NCBI GenBank assembly: GCA_051294375.1
Contig: CM119266.1
Coordinates: 26,711,932 to 26,775,931 of the forward strand
Length of the DNA stretch: 64,000 nucleotides
Direction of reading: 5' to 3'
DNA from: Paraspadella gotoi
Taxonomy: Eukaryota > Animalia > Chaetognatha
Shown: positions 39,829-53,089 of the stretch, in pieces
How the letters are laid out: every line of letters begins with the position of its first letter
How positions within the stretch are numbered: the stretch's first letter is position 1
The notes under the pieces: generated by a model
What the model was told of the DNA's origin: nothing
Databases searched by the model: none
Seen by the model: only the letters and a program-made list of their open reading frames with translations
Made by a program: the position numbers and the translations under genes

Positions 39829-40407
39829 TTTTTCTTTCTTTCTTTCTTTCTTTCTTTCTCTTTATTTTCTATTTATTTCTTTTGCTCATTGAAGAGACCA
39901 GAAAAGCTGCCGTTGATTGATTACTTCTACGATTTTCTCAGAAATTCTTCAGAGCCAAAAAAAAAAAAAAAAAGGAAATAGAAAAAACAAAAGAGTCTTC
40001 GGACTAAAAATACGAAAATCGATCGATCACAATTCACGAGACTCAAACCTTTTCACTTCGATCGTGACCTTCCCCCCCCTCACCCACTCCCCTCCGATCC
40101 TCCTACCTTTTTCTCCCTCACTTCCTCACCCTCGAGCAATCGGCCCCCGAGTCAACGACCCCCGCCCTTCTCCTTTGGCCTTTGGCTTCAATTCTTCCGC
40201 ATTCTTTAACTCTTATTTATCAATGACCTTCTCTGCGCCAAAGGGTCTTTTCTTTTTTCTTTTTTCTTTCTTTTTCTCTGTTCTTTCTTATTTTGGACTC
40301 TTTTTGTTTCAAATTCTTTTTTTTTTAATCTTTTTTTCTATTACTTTATATTTTTTTTAATTTCTCTTCTTCATTTTGTTTTCTTTTTTTCTTCTTTTTT
40401 TTTCTTT

Positions 40408-41034
40408 TGTTAGGTTTTCCACTAAACCTAGCGTGCGGCTATTCACTTTGATGATCTTTAAGCATTGAAGACGTGTTTTACAGTTTAGCATCATATATTG
40501 TTGTAATAACAAACATAACGAAGATATAGACGTTCAAAATAAGCAACACCAATAGTATAGAACCATAATGAATTCGGTAATAAAATCGTAAGGGAACAGC
40601 CGTAATGCATCGCGAAAAAGCAAATCGGAAAAAGCATTCGGAAAAAGCGTCGGAAAGGATCCGAGAAAGCAGACGCTGGACTGTGAAACAAGATTATACA
40701 ACATTTAATATAAAATGTTCGAATTATAAACGCATTAAAAACTTATTAAAAACGATTAAAAACCATTAAACGGACTGGATACACCGTCGAACTTTATAGA
40801 AATTTGGCGTGATTACATAAGCATAAAAATATACATTTTAACTTTCGAAATAAAACGGGTTGAATAAGCAGAGAATTTGGCATAAATTCGAATCAGCAAA
40901 AAACGGGTAACGTGCAGGATATCGTCTTTGTGAATCCGAATTAAAAATAGACGAGAGAGAAAAACTGGTTCTCGCGAATGCCGGGTAACAGCAAAAGATC
41001 AGTTTTCGAACAACGAAGTAAAAATTATTCTACA
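40408..41034 (-). repeat. 3' LTR of the BEL/Pao element
   Basis: On + it starts TGTTAGG and ends TTCTACA; it is colinear with 47321-47982 over its whole length and adjacent to the PPT. Confidence 0.9.
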
Positions 41035-41048
41035 TTTCCCGCCTCTTA
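41035..41048 (-). promoter_or_regulatory. Polypurine tract (plus-strand primer) of the retrotransposon
   Basis: The minus strand reads AAGAGGCGGGAAA immediately before the TG of the 3' LTR. Confidence 0.8.
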
Positions 41049-41289
41049 AATTTTAAAAACTTTAAATTAAATAAACAATTTTTACGCAGAGAAAAAAGAT
41101 ATGATATAGCAAAATTAGCGGGTTAAACAACGTAAATTGGTTGATACAATTCATATAACTTAACGATAAGATCTCTTAAGCAACAGCTTTAATACAGAAA
41201 ACATAAGAGATATCAACCGTAAACTTAGGGTTAAACAAATTAAGTATGCAGGATTATCTCGTCGCGATAGAATCTCGGCTTCGAGAAGA

Positions 41290-42580
41290 ACAATTTTACC
41301 ATCAATCACGTCGTACTCTTTGATGGCGGTGCGGACCTTTAACCGCCGGACTCGGCCGTCAGATCCGGGATAAACCGTTTGAGATAGATCGCGAGAGGCC
41401 AGTCGCCGCGATGACGCGATCTCGACGACGATTAGAACAAGATCGCCAAACACGGAGATTTCGCGAAGGGAATTTCCACTTTTTGCCTTTCTTGTGAGAG
41501 TAGATAAATTATTCCGCACCCAGGCGGCGCCAGAATGTGTCCGCGATTCTGAGAACGACGCCAGTACGTCGCAGAGCAGCGCCCTCTCCGCCGTTGCTGG
41601 GACTATGGATGCGATATGGAGGGGACCAGGCGACAGAATCCCGCGCAGGGCTTTGAGGCGGTTGGAGATCGCGATGATCGTCGGAACATGGGTGAGGGAC
41701 GTTGATTCAGGATTTCCTCGAACACAACAACCGACGATGTTGAGGACATCGTCAGTAATCGTTAAGCGGGAGTTCCGTGCAGACATTCGTAAGGATTCTT
41801 TTGGTCTGAGCGGACGAGACGCTCAAAGACCGCCACCCCAATGCGAAATGCTGCAGGCCGGATTGAAGGACCATTGAGGATACCTTTGATGCGCAGATGG
41901 AAGTTGATGTCGTCTTCCACTCATTGAGAGTTTTAACCAAGTTCTTTGACAGACCCGGTAAAATTCGTGCACAATCTGAAATCATTTTCTCGATGCCAGG
42001 TCGGCTGGAAATAAAGCGAAACAAACATGTTTATAAAGCATGTGGCAGATAAATCGCAGCAAACTTCTAAATGCACACACGCATTTTCAAACAGTAAATA
42101 AACAAATCCATGCTTTTTTGTAAATGCACGGCCCCTTTTTACCTCAAAGGCCCCATAAAATCGACACCCAGTTTCTTGAAACGGAAAATACCTCTTGAAC
42201 ACGGGAATGCAGGGAGAGGAGCCATCTTTGTGAGCAGGGTTTGGCATTGAAGTCGTTAAGCAATAATAAAATTTACCCATTGTCCTTTTGTTTACCATTT
42301 GGCACCTTTGAGAATTCCAAACCTTTTTCGTAAAGTAATCAAATGAAACATGTTCACTCCGGCATGACCTTCGTTGGTTCATGCTCATGCCTAATGAGCA
42401 AAGCAACTACGTGAGATTGGCGAAGGCAAAAATAATCTGGTCGTTTTGCATCTTGAGAATATGGCAGCATTGTTGGGCGTCCCACCAACATGGATAATAT
42501 CATCTTGGAGAAATGGATCAAGGGTTCTGAAAGCCGACCTTGAACTTGAGCAAAGGGATCCTTTGTTTTCGCCATAATTT
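41290..42580 (-). pseudogene. Integrase region (core plus DUF5641-like C-terminus) of the BEL/Pao pol, frameshifted
   Basis: Spread across ORFs 42354-42575, 41933-42406, 41752-42024 and 41160-41786. Motifs: QVQGRL, LIRHEH, TG.(D)FYGAFEVKRGR, VHLEV..DLS...FI, RFISSRPG, GDLVLIV, YPGSDGRVR. Confidence 0.85.
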
Positions 42581-43199
42581 CTATATTAGTACTGGTATCA
42601 AGACTATTTGTAATAAATTGTACCTAGATGAGAAATGTTCTTTTGTGTCAACGAAAAAAGGATTGGGCATTGTTTGAGCTCATCTGACCGTGTGGATCTC
42701 GGATGAGGGGGAGAAGGGTTTTTACTTTTGGAATACTTATGAGCAATATTAACTGAGATTAAATTGGTACCAACCAACTGACACTGAATAAGAAGCTTGT
42801 TCCATGCAGGAGTACATCCGTTCTGCAATTTTTGTAATCAGAGCAAGAAATTGGAAGGTTGGAGTGGTTGAAACAATATTCTTGAGCAGCAATGTCAATT
42901 TTGTTCTTCAGTTTCAACATCTCTCTCTAAGGATTTGCTGGCATTCCTCTTCTGGTTTGCAGAATAAAACCTCCTTTTAGAAAGAACTTCCATGAAGTAT
43001 CGTGCCGCAAGCAGAAGACATCACGACTAACATAAGTGCAGAGCGGTTCTGGATCATAGGGCAATAATTTCCAATTGGGAAACATCTGTCTTAGACAAAA
43101 TCTTTTGAAAAATGCGATTGATACAAATGGAGGATAGCGAGCAGAGCATTCTTAATTGGCGCACAAGCAATGTATGCATCTACCCAAAAGAATGTCTTA

Positions 43200-43800
43200 T
43201 CAATTTTTTTGAGTCAGCTCAATGATGGAAGAATTCACAAAAATGTCAACAGAAACAACTGCAGGCACATAATTTCCAAGCGGGGAATAGAACCTGAATT
43301 TTGAGCCTCATGCTGATATTTGAGAGGGGGCAACGCGAGATTTTGCAGTAACCAAAGCTGTATGAATAAGCCCGCCTCGTCAACTTTCTAATGTATACAA
43401 CACTTCCATAATCCTGTTTCGGATGCCATCAGAGAAAATGCAACTGTGTCGAAAATGACGATTACAGATGCAAGCGTGGAGCCAAACCACGGGAAGTTTT
43501 CACTTTTCCAATTGAAAAAGGATTTGGACCAATTTTGAAAATTTTGGTAAATGAACTCATCAGATATGGGTTCATCCCATCCAATGTGGAAGGAACATAA
43601 TTCTTGCAGGATGCGTTCTTTCCCACTCAACAGTACAGTGAGAGAGAATCCAATGCGGGTCATAAATGGAAGCAAATCAGGGATAGAATTTGCTAAACGA
43701 GTTTCTTTCTCTTATCGATTTATATTGGCTTGGGATAAACGGAAGTGAATCGTTACCAACAATCGAAATTTGACACCTAAAGCTCTTTCACAGGCAGTGG
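43200..43800 (-). pseudogene. Pao connection/RNase H (Peptidase_A17-like) region, frameshifted
   Basis: ERALGV, then ILQELCSFHIGWDEPI, then FSDAS-like (ttttctctgatggcatccga) and LVTAKSRVAPL-like (revcomp of ggggcaacgcgagattttgcagtaaccaa) motifs. Confidence 0.8.
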
Positions 43801-44090
43801 ATGTCTTTGTCTTGAAGAAATAAAGCCACAATGTGACAGACCTACATGATTTCCCACCATCAGGCCTATACACGCCCATTCCCATGGTGTCTGGATAGCA
43901 GATGAGTGACAAGGGTTCCGCGACGCGATTCCATTGTCAGAGGGGAGGAGACTTATTCCTAAATCTGTGACCATAAGCATGTTTACTTGTCTCTTATCTG
44001 GGGGTAGTTCTGTGAGCAGATAATCCTTTAATGGGCAAAATCTATGCACAAGGTCGTTTGTGGGAATAGAAGATGGAGGCACTAGGGGAT

Positions 44091-44717
44091 TAAGGCAGTT
44101 ATTAAAATTCTAAATTTAACTTTAATTAAAAATTCTAAAAAGTGAGGAACGAACAACATGTATACTAATGAACATTTATGTAAAAAAAAATTTTTAATAT
44201 AAAATTTTTCAATTTACGATAGTGCCATATTTATACTAGTACTAATCCAATAAATGTTTAAAATTTCAAAAACAGTTTTTTCTAAGATTTTTTGCAGATT
44301 TGGATTCGTCATAAAAAGTTGAAAAAAAGAATATAACTCTTTTAAAAAATTCCTTTCAATAAGGGGTCAAAAAATTAGAAAAAGACTAATATTTTTAAGC
44401 TGAAAATCAACTTTTTATATATTAAATATAGTTTTTGTAATTTTTAATCCACTTAATGAAAGAATTTTTTAAAAATAATTTATATTTCTTTTATCAACTT
44501 TTTGACGAGGAATTCAAATCTGGCAATTCAAAATTAAGAAAAGCCCTATTTTGAAATTTTTCGATTTTATAAGGATCGAGATACTATATAAAATATAGCC
44601 CACTGGCGAAAATTAAAAAACTATAAAATTAATTTTTTTACAAATTAATGTTTACAGATGTAATGTGTTCATAAATGACCTTTGAGAATTTCTGTACGTA
44701 ACTTTCACTACGCCTTA
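44091..44717. mobile_element. AT-rich foldback MITE nested in the retrotransposon
   Basis: Long imperfect palindrome centred near 44400: cagatttggattcgtcataaaaagttg (~44296) pairs with caactttttgacgaggaattcaaatctg (~44495), and the ends are TAAGGC...GCCTTA. Sharp compositional break from the flanking pol sequence. Confidence 0.8.
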
Positions 44718-44719
44718 GC

Positions 44720-46700
44720 TATAGGATGTGGTGATTGCAACCATAGTGTGGGCTGCGGTACAGGAATTCAGAACTTAGAGAATGGAGGTTCAATGAACAA
44801 AATTCACGACTTTTTCTTTGGAACTATTTCAATGGTAGACAATTCATAACCTCAGGGTCAGGAACTTATTCCCAGAGCACTAGGGTATAAATTCGGAAGC
44901 AGCAGTAATGTTAGATCCTGGATTCCAACAAAGCATACATATTCAACAATTTACCAATTTTGTCAGGATTTGATACACGAAGTGCCACAACTGGCCTGTT
45001 AAATGTTTCCAACACATCATTGGATTCACTTGGAGAGTTTGGGCAAGGGGGGTTAAACCCGACTGAGCAACTTTGAAGGAGTATCAACAGGATAGATGGC
45101 GCAGAATTATTCTCAGTAAAAATTCGATGCAGCATAGTGTGATGTGAGCTTTGTTGATTTTTTGCAGAGCCCCAGTAGACTTCAATCAACAATTTTGAAT
45201 GTGGAAAAGGCATCGAAAACACAAAGCCAGTTTTTCTTAACATGGAAAAAATCGATCTTTTGACAGAAGTGGCAATAAATTATCACAGCGGTAAGAGGCA
45301 TGATCATTACTCACAGAACAAACAATTTCTTTTGCATCTCTTTTGGATTCAACAGCGGCTCATCATTGCAGGCTTGTTGATAGGCTTACCAGCCACGCCT
45401 TTGACAGCGCAAGGTTACTGGTCAGTGAAATCTGTTTGGTCCATAATGCCCAGCACCAAAAGATTGGCACCAAGGCGTTTGGCTTGACATTGCAAAAAAT
45501 CCAATAAGATCTTCAAAGGTCACTTCGAGTTCTTGAATAAATTCCAACTTATAAGCATGTGAAACTAAATTTTTCAATGAAGAATGGAACCTTCCTTTAT
45601 GATTCTTCTCATGCTCTCAGTAGAAAGTGAGTTGAAAGTGTCGCCCGCTCTCTCCTGAGCGACTCCAAGTCATTTCTCAGTTGAGAAACCAAATTCCAAA
45701 ATCGCCGTCATGATCCTAACTTAATAGGAGGACCTCAAGACCTTCTTAGCAAATACCTGAGATGTAGCTTTTGAAACCCCATATTTGTTTAAAGATAGTT
45801 TTAGCCTCTGCGAATCGCGGCCAGCAGCAATCTCCTTTTTGTTGATCTAAATATTGAATAGCATCAAGGGCTGGGCCAATCAACCCATTTGACAATGCAT
45901 TCAACTTGACAAGCCGATCACTCACACCAGCAATAGACTCAACATCGGCTTCAAAGCATTAAGAAAACTATGAACTTAAGAGTAATCGCCTCTCCACTAT
46001 CACCTGGAGCAGGGCGCCGCCTTGCAGCAATGCCTTTGTAAACGCAACAAGACTTTCCAAAGTGGCATTTGGGGATTGGAAACAGATATGCAAAGCAGGA
46101 TTTACATTGGTTACAATAGGGGGTGGAACTGGGAAATGCTGGAAGGAAGAAGGGAGGAAGATTTAATGGAGGAGGCTGAGAGAAACGTAGAAATGACTTG
46201 GGGTGCAAAGGTTTGTGGACGAAGAATTAGCGTTGCAAAAGAATAAATTAGGAGGACGCCGGTTGGCATCCTGAGGAGGTGGAGGAGAGGAACTTGAAAG
46301 TTTATGGAGCAGGTTGGGAGAGAGGATGCAAGTTGAAGTCAATGGTGTTCTTAGTGCCGCAAATAACTATCAATCTTTTTCGTGGTAGTCATTCTCTCCA
46401 AAGCAATAAGTTGTTTAACTCAGGATTCATCATGTAAAGCCTGCAAAGTAGCCTTTCTCCTGCTCAAAACTCTACTTAGCAATAAACCTTAAGCTCCTCT
46501 TCTCCCTCTCCAGATATCGAGCAACTCTTGGTTCAATTAGACCCTTTTCCATTTTCCAAGCTTCGTTTCATCAAATTTCAGCAGCTATCATACGAACTTC
46601 AGCTGCTGCAGCCGCAGCACGTGACTACGACGTGAAGGATGCGGTTAATCTACTGGAAAGAATGAACCAACTTCTGAAGCACTAGATCCATGTGCAGCAT
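44720..46700 (-). pseudogene. gag / zinc-knuckle / protease N-half of the BEL/Pao element, frameshifted
   Basis: Lies between the 5' LTR and pol. A Cys/His-containing knuckle-like segment (...SSHHTMLH) is followed by PVVALRV...MYALL(D). Boundaries are approximate. Confidence 0.65.
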
Positions 46701-47320
46701 TTATGTAACTTCCGGGAATAGTAAAAAGATCGCCTGGGGGAAGCATCGTTCATTGGAAGCCTGAGGATATTGGAGGGTTCATGTTGGGAATGGGCGCAGT
46801 TGCCAAGTTAGCAGCTGCCATCACAGTGGAAACATTGGAAGCGGAGTACACTTGCAGTATCAGGGTTTTGATGCTGCAGAACTGACATCATTAGGCCAGA
46901 GGGAGTCAAAGGTATATGTGGGATGGACCCTTGATAAACAGAATAAAAATTCCTAGCTTCTCTTTATGATAGACAATTAAATATGTTCCACACAAGACAG
47001 TTTGTGCTCATTTGTAAAAACAGAGTATTGTGAATAAAAAAGCAACCTTTTGTATGCGGCAGAAAAAACGTTGGATAAATGCGTAGAAATTCGTGCATAA
47101 AAATTGGGATCTTCGAGCAGAATTAACTATTTTAACCACTTCGCCTTAACTTATGTTCTTGTAAGACGGACCAAACCACTAATTCGCGATCTCTGCGGCG
47201 ACATCGCGCACATCATGGTGACGTTTGCATATAAACAAACAAAGTTCGAATCCAAAAGATATGGAAAATGAAAGGAAAAAAGCAATGAGCAACGGCTAAT
47301 AGTAAACTCAGTCCAGAAGA

Positions 47321-47982
47321 TGTTTAGGTCTTTTCCCTTACTAAACCTAGGTGCGGGCCTATTCACTTTGGTATGACTTATAAGCACTTGTAAAGACGTG
47401 TTTTACAGTTAAGCATATAATATTGTTGTAATATATACATAACATAACGACAGTATAAAACGTTCAAAATAAGCAAACATCCCAATAGTATTAGAACCAT
47501 AAGAATCTCGCGTAATAAAATCGTAAGGGCAGCCGTAATGCATCGGAAAACAGCATCGGAAAAAAGCATCGAAGAAAAAGCGTCGGAAAGGGATCCGAGG
47601 AAAGCAGCCGCTGGACTGTGAAACAGCATCTAATACAACGATTTAATATAAAATGTTCGAATTTATACGCATTAAAAAACTTATTAAAAACGAGTTAAAA
47701 AACCAATTAAAACGGAACCTGGTATACACGGTCGAACTTTATAGGAAATTTGGCGCATTACATAACATACAAAATATACATTGTTTAACTTTCGAAATAA
47801 ACGGCGTTAATAAGCAGAGAATTGGCATTAAATTCGGAAGCAGAAAAAAGCCCGGTAAGTGAGGATATCGTCTGGTGACCAATAAAAATAAGGACGAGAG
47901 AGAAAACCGAGACTGGTTTCTCCGAGAATGCGGTGCGAAACAAAAGATCATGTTTCGAACGAAGTAAAAAAATATTCCTACA
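47321..47982 (-). repeat. 5' LTR of the BEL/Pao element
   Basis: On + it starts TGTTTAGG and ends TTCCTACA; it is colinear with 40408-41034, differing largely by single-base indels. Confidence 0.9.
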
Positions 47983-48005
47983 TTTTTTCTTCTTTTTCTT
48001 TTCTT

Positions 48006-48036
<31 letters not shown>

Positions 48037-48689
48037 TGTTTTACTCTTTCTTATCTTCTTCTCTGACTCTCTCTCTGATGGGCATATTTATAGTGTCNNN
48101 NNNNNNNNNNNNNNNNNNNNNNCGAGAAGAATAGTTTTTTAGCTCCCGCGATTTTCAGGCTCCTGAAACGCCACCGAACCTTAGCTCGAATTCGGCGAGA
48201 AAATAAATTCCTGTTGCTTCGTTTGAATTTATATTTATTTACATTTTTATTTTAAATATTTTTTTGGTTTTGACTTAAAACCTCTCGCTTTTCTTGTCTT
48301 TTTTCACGCTTTGCTCCTCTTCTCTTTCTTTTCCTCCTTTTTCACCTCTTAACTCCTCTTCTCTTTTTTCCTCCTTTTTTCACCCTCCTCCTCTTTCTTT
48401 CTTTTTCCTCCTTTTTCAAACCCCTTGCTCCTCTTTCTCTTTTTTTCCTCCTTTTCTAGTCCCACAAAAAATCCCCACGATTCTCGGGGGAATCAGGTAA
48501 ACGCCTCCGGCACCAAAGTCGCGCCGCGTGCCGCCGCCGCCGCAGCCGCCACCGCCGCCGCAGCCGCCGCCACCGTCCAACGCGGCCCAAAATGAAAATC
48601 ACAAACGCAATCGATCGTTAAAACATGAACGGTAATTTCAAAGTGTGTTGCGCCGCAGTGACTTTATTTTCATATGTATTTCCTTTGAT

Positions 48690-48945
48690 CACATGATATG
48701 ACATGACATGACATGACTAAAAGCAGCAAAATTCTGGCTTTTATTTCTTATAGTTTTAGGATTTCCTAAGGCGGCGCTAGCAGTCCCTTAGATTTGTAGT
48801 TTTCTGTCTTAACAAATGAGCAACCAACTATGACCAAATTATATGCATTTTAAACGTAAGTGGGACAGACCGACGGACAGACACTCCGACCCGACCGACC
48901 GAAAAGTGACTTATAGAGTTGTTCCGCGAGTACTCGCACTAAAAA
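48690..48945 (-). mobile_element. Inverted copy of the Helentron/DINE-like element
   Basis: gaaaagtgacttatagagtt, the perfect palindrome gcgagtactcgc (48926-48937), tagttttaggatttcctaaggcggcgcta and (ACATG)n all match 3105-3590 in reverse. Confidence 0.65.
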
Positions 48946-51900
48946 AAAAAGGAAAAAAAATCAATATAAATTAGAGCAGAAAATAAAAAAAAAGGAAATT
49001 CTCTCATTTTGATCTTAAATCATTTGAGGTCTTATTTCTTGGGATCTCTTTCTTCTTAATCCTATTTGTGTCACTATTGAAACTCCGCTTTTCTCTAATT
49101 GTATTTCTCGTAATTTGGTTTAATTGGTTTCATAAACTTTCACGTATATCTACTAGGGTTAGGCTATATTATTGAAAGACTTTATTTGATTTGCACTATC
49201 ACATTCGTTCACAAATCACAAATTAATATTTATTCTAGTATTTATATAATCAGAATATCATCGTTACAATAAATCTCTTGTCTGTTTTCCTCTTTCCTTA
49301 TAATTTCCTTCCCCCCCTCTCTTCGACTCTTCTCCCTTTGTCTCCCTTCGACTTCGCCATCTTTCTCAATTTCTTCGTCGCTTTAATCTTTTCCGCGATC
49401 ATCCTTTTTCCTCATCCTCTCCTTTTCTCGTTATCATAAATTTATCACGAATCAAATATCATAAATCATCGATGAAATTCGCGGGTTAGGATCTGAAAAA
49501 GGGAAATTAAGAAATCGAGGTTGCGATGGAGATTCGGCCCATGAGGATTTCGCGGCTCGAATGAGGGTTGATGACTGAATTTTCGATTTAATCGTGGATT
49601 CTTCTTTTTTTTAATCATTGAATAAAAAAACGAAGATAAAATGTGACAGTTTTTTTTTTTATTATTATTATTGTTTTTATCTTCAAAGAATTCCAACTTT
49701 TTTCAATGATAGATTTCACCAGAGTTCGAGGAAGAGCAGATGCAGAATGAAAACTTTTTGAAAACTAGGTGAGAAAACTCCACCGTATTCTTTCAAAAGT
49801 TAAAAACGACCTCCCGAAATAGGGCAAAAAAAGTAACAACATTGTTTTCCGATGAACAAATTATAAAATCCTTACATGACGAAATTCTCTCATTCTTGTC
49901 TCCGTCATTTTTAATTTACGACATCGTGTCGGCAAATTTCCCTTCTTGCCAGACATTTCCTCCTCAACAACTTTGGTCGGATTCTGCAGCTCAACTTCCG
50001 CTTTTTGGTTTCTGGAAGTTGGAAGGTTCAACGACAGTAGGGTGGATCGAATGGAGAGATATAAGCGGCGGCTTTGTCTTATGGCCGAAAAATAAAGACA
50101 ATATATTTTTATAGATTTTCTTGCTTGAATAATATTATTAAAGTGTATATTTTTGATTCTGATTAGAACTAAAAAACAAACCTAAATCATTTGACAAGTT
50201 AAGTTTATAAATAATAAGTTTTAAATTTTAAAAGAAACAACAAGCCCGCTCTACTCGAAAAGACGCTAAAAGTAAGGAGGCGCCTGGAAAGAGAAAATTC
50301 GGAATTAATTCTTACCCACAATTCTTTTCAGAGATAAAAAAAGAAGCGGAAAAAAAGGGAGAATAAAAAAAAATTGGCAGGGAAAAAAAGGGAAAAAAAT
50401 AAAAAGAAAAAAGGAAAAAAAATGAAAAGGAAAATAGGGAAAAAATAGGGAGGCATAAATATATTAAAAAGTGGGAAAAATGGAAACTTGTAAGCGAATA
50501 ATAAAGGAAGGAAAAAATATTTAAAAAAAAGGGTCGCAAGAAGGCAAACAAGTAAAGGAAAGGCATGAAAGCGAAGAGAGGAAAACAGACCGGGTGAGGT
50601 TGAGGTCTGGTGAGTTAAAATGGGAAACTCGGTGTGAAAGGTGAGTTAATTATAAAAAGGAAGACAATTCAGGATTTAAGGCGAGTAGATGAGATTCAAG
50701 TCCGTCGTAAAAAAATGCAATTGAAATTTTAAACGAAGAAGATTGAAAATCAAACCGAGACCATGAAGGTGAGTTTACTGTGCGGCGATGTAGGACTTGG
50801 TGAAGTGAGGCAAATCTCTCCTCGTGAGGTGAGGTTTTGCGAGATGAGGTAAAAGGCTGAGATTGACGAAGCGAAAAGATTAGGGAATCAACGTCTCGAG
50901 GAGACGACGACGGCGGCGGCAGCGACGACGACGACGACGACGACGACGACCGCTTCTACCCGTGATGTACTTAAGATTCCTCTTCTACATAAAAGGAAGT
51001 GAAATGCTGAAGAATCAACTATCGTCTCCTCACCCACAATCGCACTTCCACTCTCTCTCTCGTCATCTGCTCTCCTCTCTTTCCCTCTCTCCCTCTCTCA
51101 TCTCTCTCTCTCTCTCTCTCTTTCTCTCTCATATCTCTCTCGTCTCGGCGTTCGATATGTATACAATGAAATCAATTTAATTATGCTCGTTTAAATTAGA
51201 TTTCCATTAGCTTCATAGCGGAAAGTAAACATTAATTGGATTAATATTAAAAGTCGTAATGAATCTTTATGCTTGAGTATTTCTTCCCTCGGCTTCACTC
51301 AGCCTCAACAATAAAAAAAATTAATAAAATTTATCAAAAAATACGAAGGAGACGAAATTAGGTCAAATTATAATATTTTTATATGAAATTGGTACAACCA
51401 ATATAACAATTATCAATTCATTTAATAAATAAGCTATCTTACCCCTGACTTTGGACAGGCTTTGGTGGTTTAAGGCCCCCATCACTCCATATGTAAATGA
51501 AATTGGTACAACCATTACAAAAATTATCCGATATCCATTAATTTAATTAATAAGAAATTTTGCCTGTGAATTTGGAGAATGGACAGGCTATGGTGAGTTA
51601 CGACCGGCATCCCTCTTACAAGATAATATTCAAGTGGTCTAATGCTTTGATGAACTATTCTAATTGGATTGGGTTTTATTTGGTTTCATGCAAGAGAGAC
51701 TGTCTTATGGATTGATGGGTTTTTTGAGATAGCCTAGAAATTATGATAGATAAAGAATAAAGAGTATAAGGAGTAAATATTTTTTATTTGCGATAAGAGA
51801 AAAGAGGATAGACTAAGTTTTCTGGAAGAAAAAGATAAGAAGATTTCCTCGTTAAGAGATCAATTGCGTTTTAACGGACGCATGATCGACTTTTATTTAA

Positions 51901-52356
51901 TAGTTATTTAATTTAATATTTAATTTATAGAAAACTGGTCAAAATCTCATAAAATCAACTCTAAAAAATTTGCCATGAACTTTTTTTTTAAACACGCATG
52001 ACGAAAAGTAAAACAAAACATATTTCAAATCGTTAAAACAATCTAATCATTTTTTTTATTACAATTTATATGATGCAACCAATTGATTGATATATTGATC
52101 AAGATATAGGCAAAAGGCAATACTTAGTTAAAGCTGTTGGCCGCCATAACGGATTCCTCGATAACAAAGTCGCTAATACGATTATCAAACGATGTTGCCA
52201 TGGTGATAAGCGAAACTCGACCAATAAGTAACAACGACGAAACTGATAAGCGATCGTGAAAACAAAAGGGAATAAATGATAAGAAACAAAACGATAAGAC
52301 TTTCTGCGCTTTAATCGATTTGCCAAGCTCCGAGATGAAAGAGTGATAAACTAATT

Positions 52357-52393
<37 letters not shown>

Positions 52394-53089
52394 NNNNNNN
52401 NNNNNNNNNNNNNNNNNNNNNNNNNNNNNNNNNNNNNNNNNNNNNNNNNNNNNNNNNNNNNNNNNNNNNNNNNNNNNNNNNNNNNNNNNNNNNNNNNNNN
52501 NNNNNNNNNNNNNNNNNNNNNNNNNNNNNNNNNNNNNNNNNNNNNNNNNNNNNNNNNNNNNNNNNNNNNNNNNNNNNNNNNNNNNNNNNNNNNNNNNNNN
52601 NNNNNNNNNNNNNNNNNNNNNNNNNNNNNNNNNNNNNNNNNNNNNNNNNNNNNNNNNNNNNNNNNNNNNNNNNNNNNNNNNNNNNNNNNNNNNNNNNNNN
52701 NNNNNNNNNNNNNNNNNNNNNNNNNNNNNNNNNNNNNNNNNNNNNNNNNNNNNNNNNNNNNNNNNNNNNNNNNNNNNNNNNNNNNNNNNNNNAGAGACGA
52801 GAGGGCATAGGGTCCGGGAGACCGACTCAGAGACAATGTGGACGGCCTAACAAAATTCATTTCAGTCAGACTAATTGAACTAAGAAAGAAAGAAAGAAAG
52901 AAATGAGAAAAAAAATTCACTCAATCAAAGAAAGTTTTTTAAAAAAAGAAAGCAACAAATAAGAAATTTCTCCAACGAATTTCCATAAACTCGGGAAGAG
53001 ATGGAGAGAAGAGAATTAAAAAGGCGGAAAAAGTGGGGAAAGAAAGGTGATTGACGGAAGGGGGGGGTGAAAGAGAGGAAGAGACGGAG

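Larger units (their letters stand above)
40408..47982 (-). mobile_element. BEL/Pao-family LTR retrotransposon (frameshifted, RT core apparently deleted)
   Basis: Direct repeats 40408-41034 and 47321-47982, both TG...CA. Minus-strand fragments carry Pao-type motifs in gag-PR-RH-IN order: YALL(D) protease-like site (~44930), AIQTPWEWACIG, ERALGV, ILQELCSFHIGWDEPI, integrase FQETG...GAFEVKRGR...VHLEVCCDLSATCFI...RFISSRPG, and C-terminal VYPGSDGRVRRLKVRT. Confidence 0.93.

Noticed and set aside
40403-40407. Target-site duplication of the retrotransposon (TCTTT vs TTTTT at 47983-47987)
   Set aside because: Both flanks are T-rich low-complexity sequence, so the match is imperfect and uninformative.
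41050-41290. Possible env-like gene after integrase
   Set aside because: Only ~250 bp of AT-rich sequence separates the integrase end from the PPT.
41494-41877. 127-aa plus-strand ORF inside the element
   Set aside because: It is the antisense shadow of the integrase coding region.
47300-47320. Primer-binding site next to the 5' LTR (minus strand TCTTC-TGGACTGAGTTTACT)
   Set aside because: The TGG is positioned plausibly, but I cannot match the rest to a tRNA 3' end.
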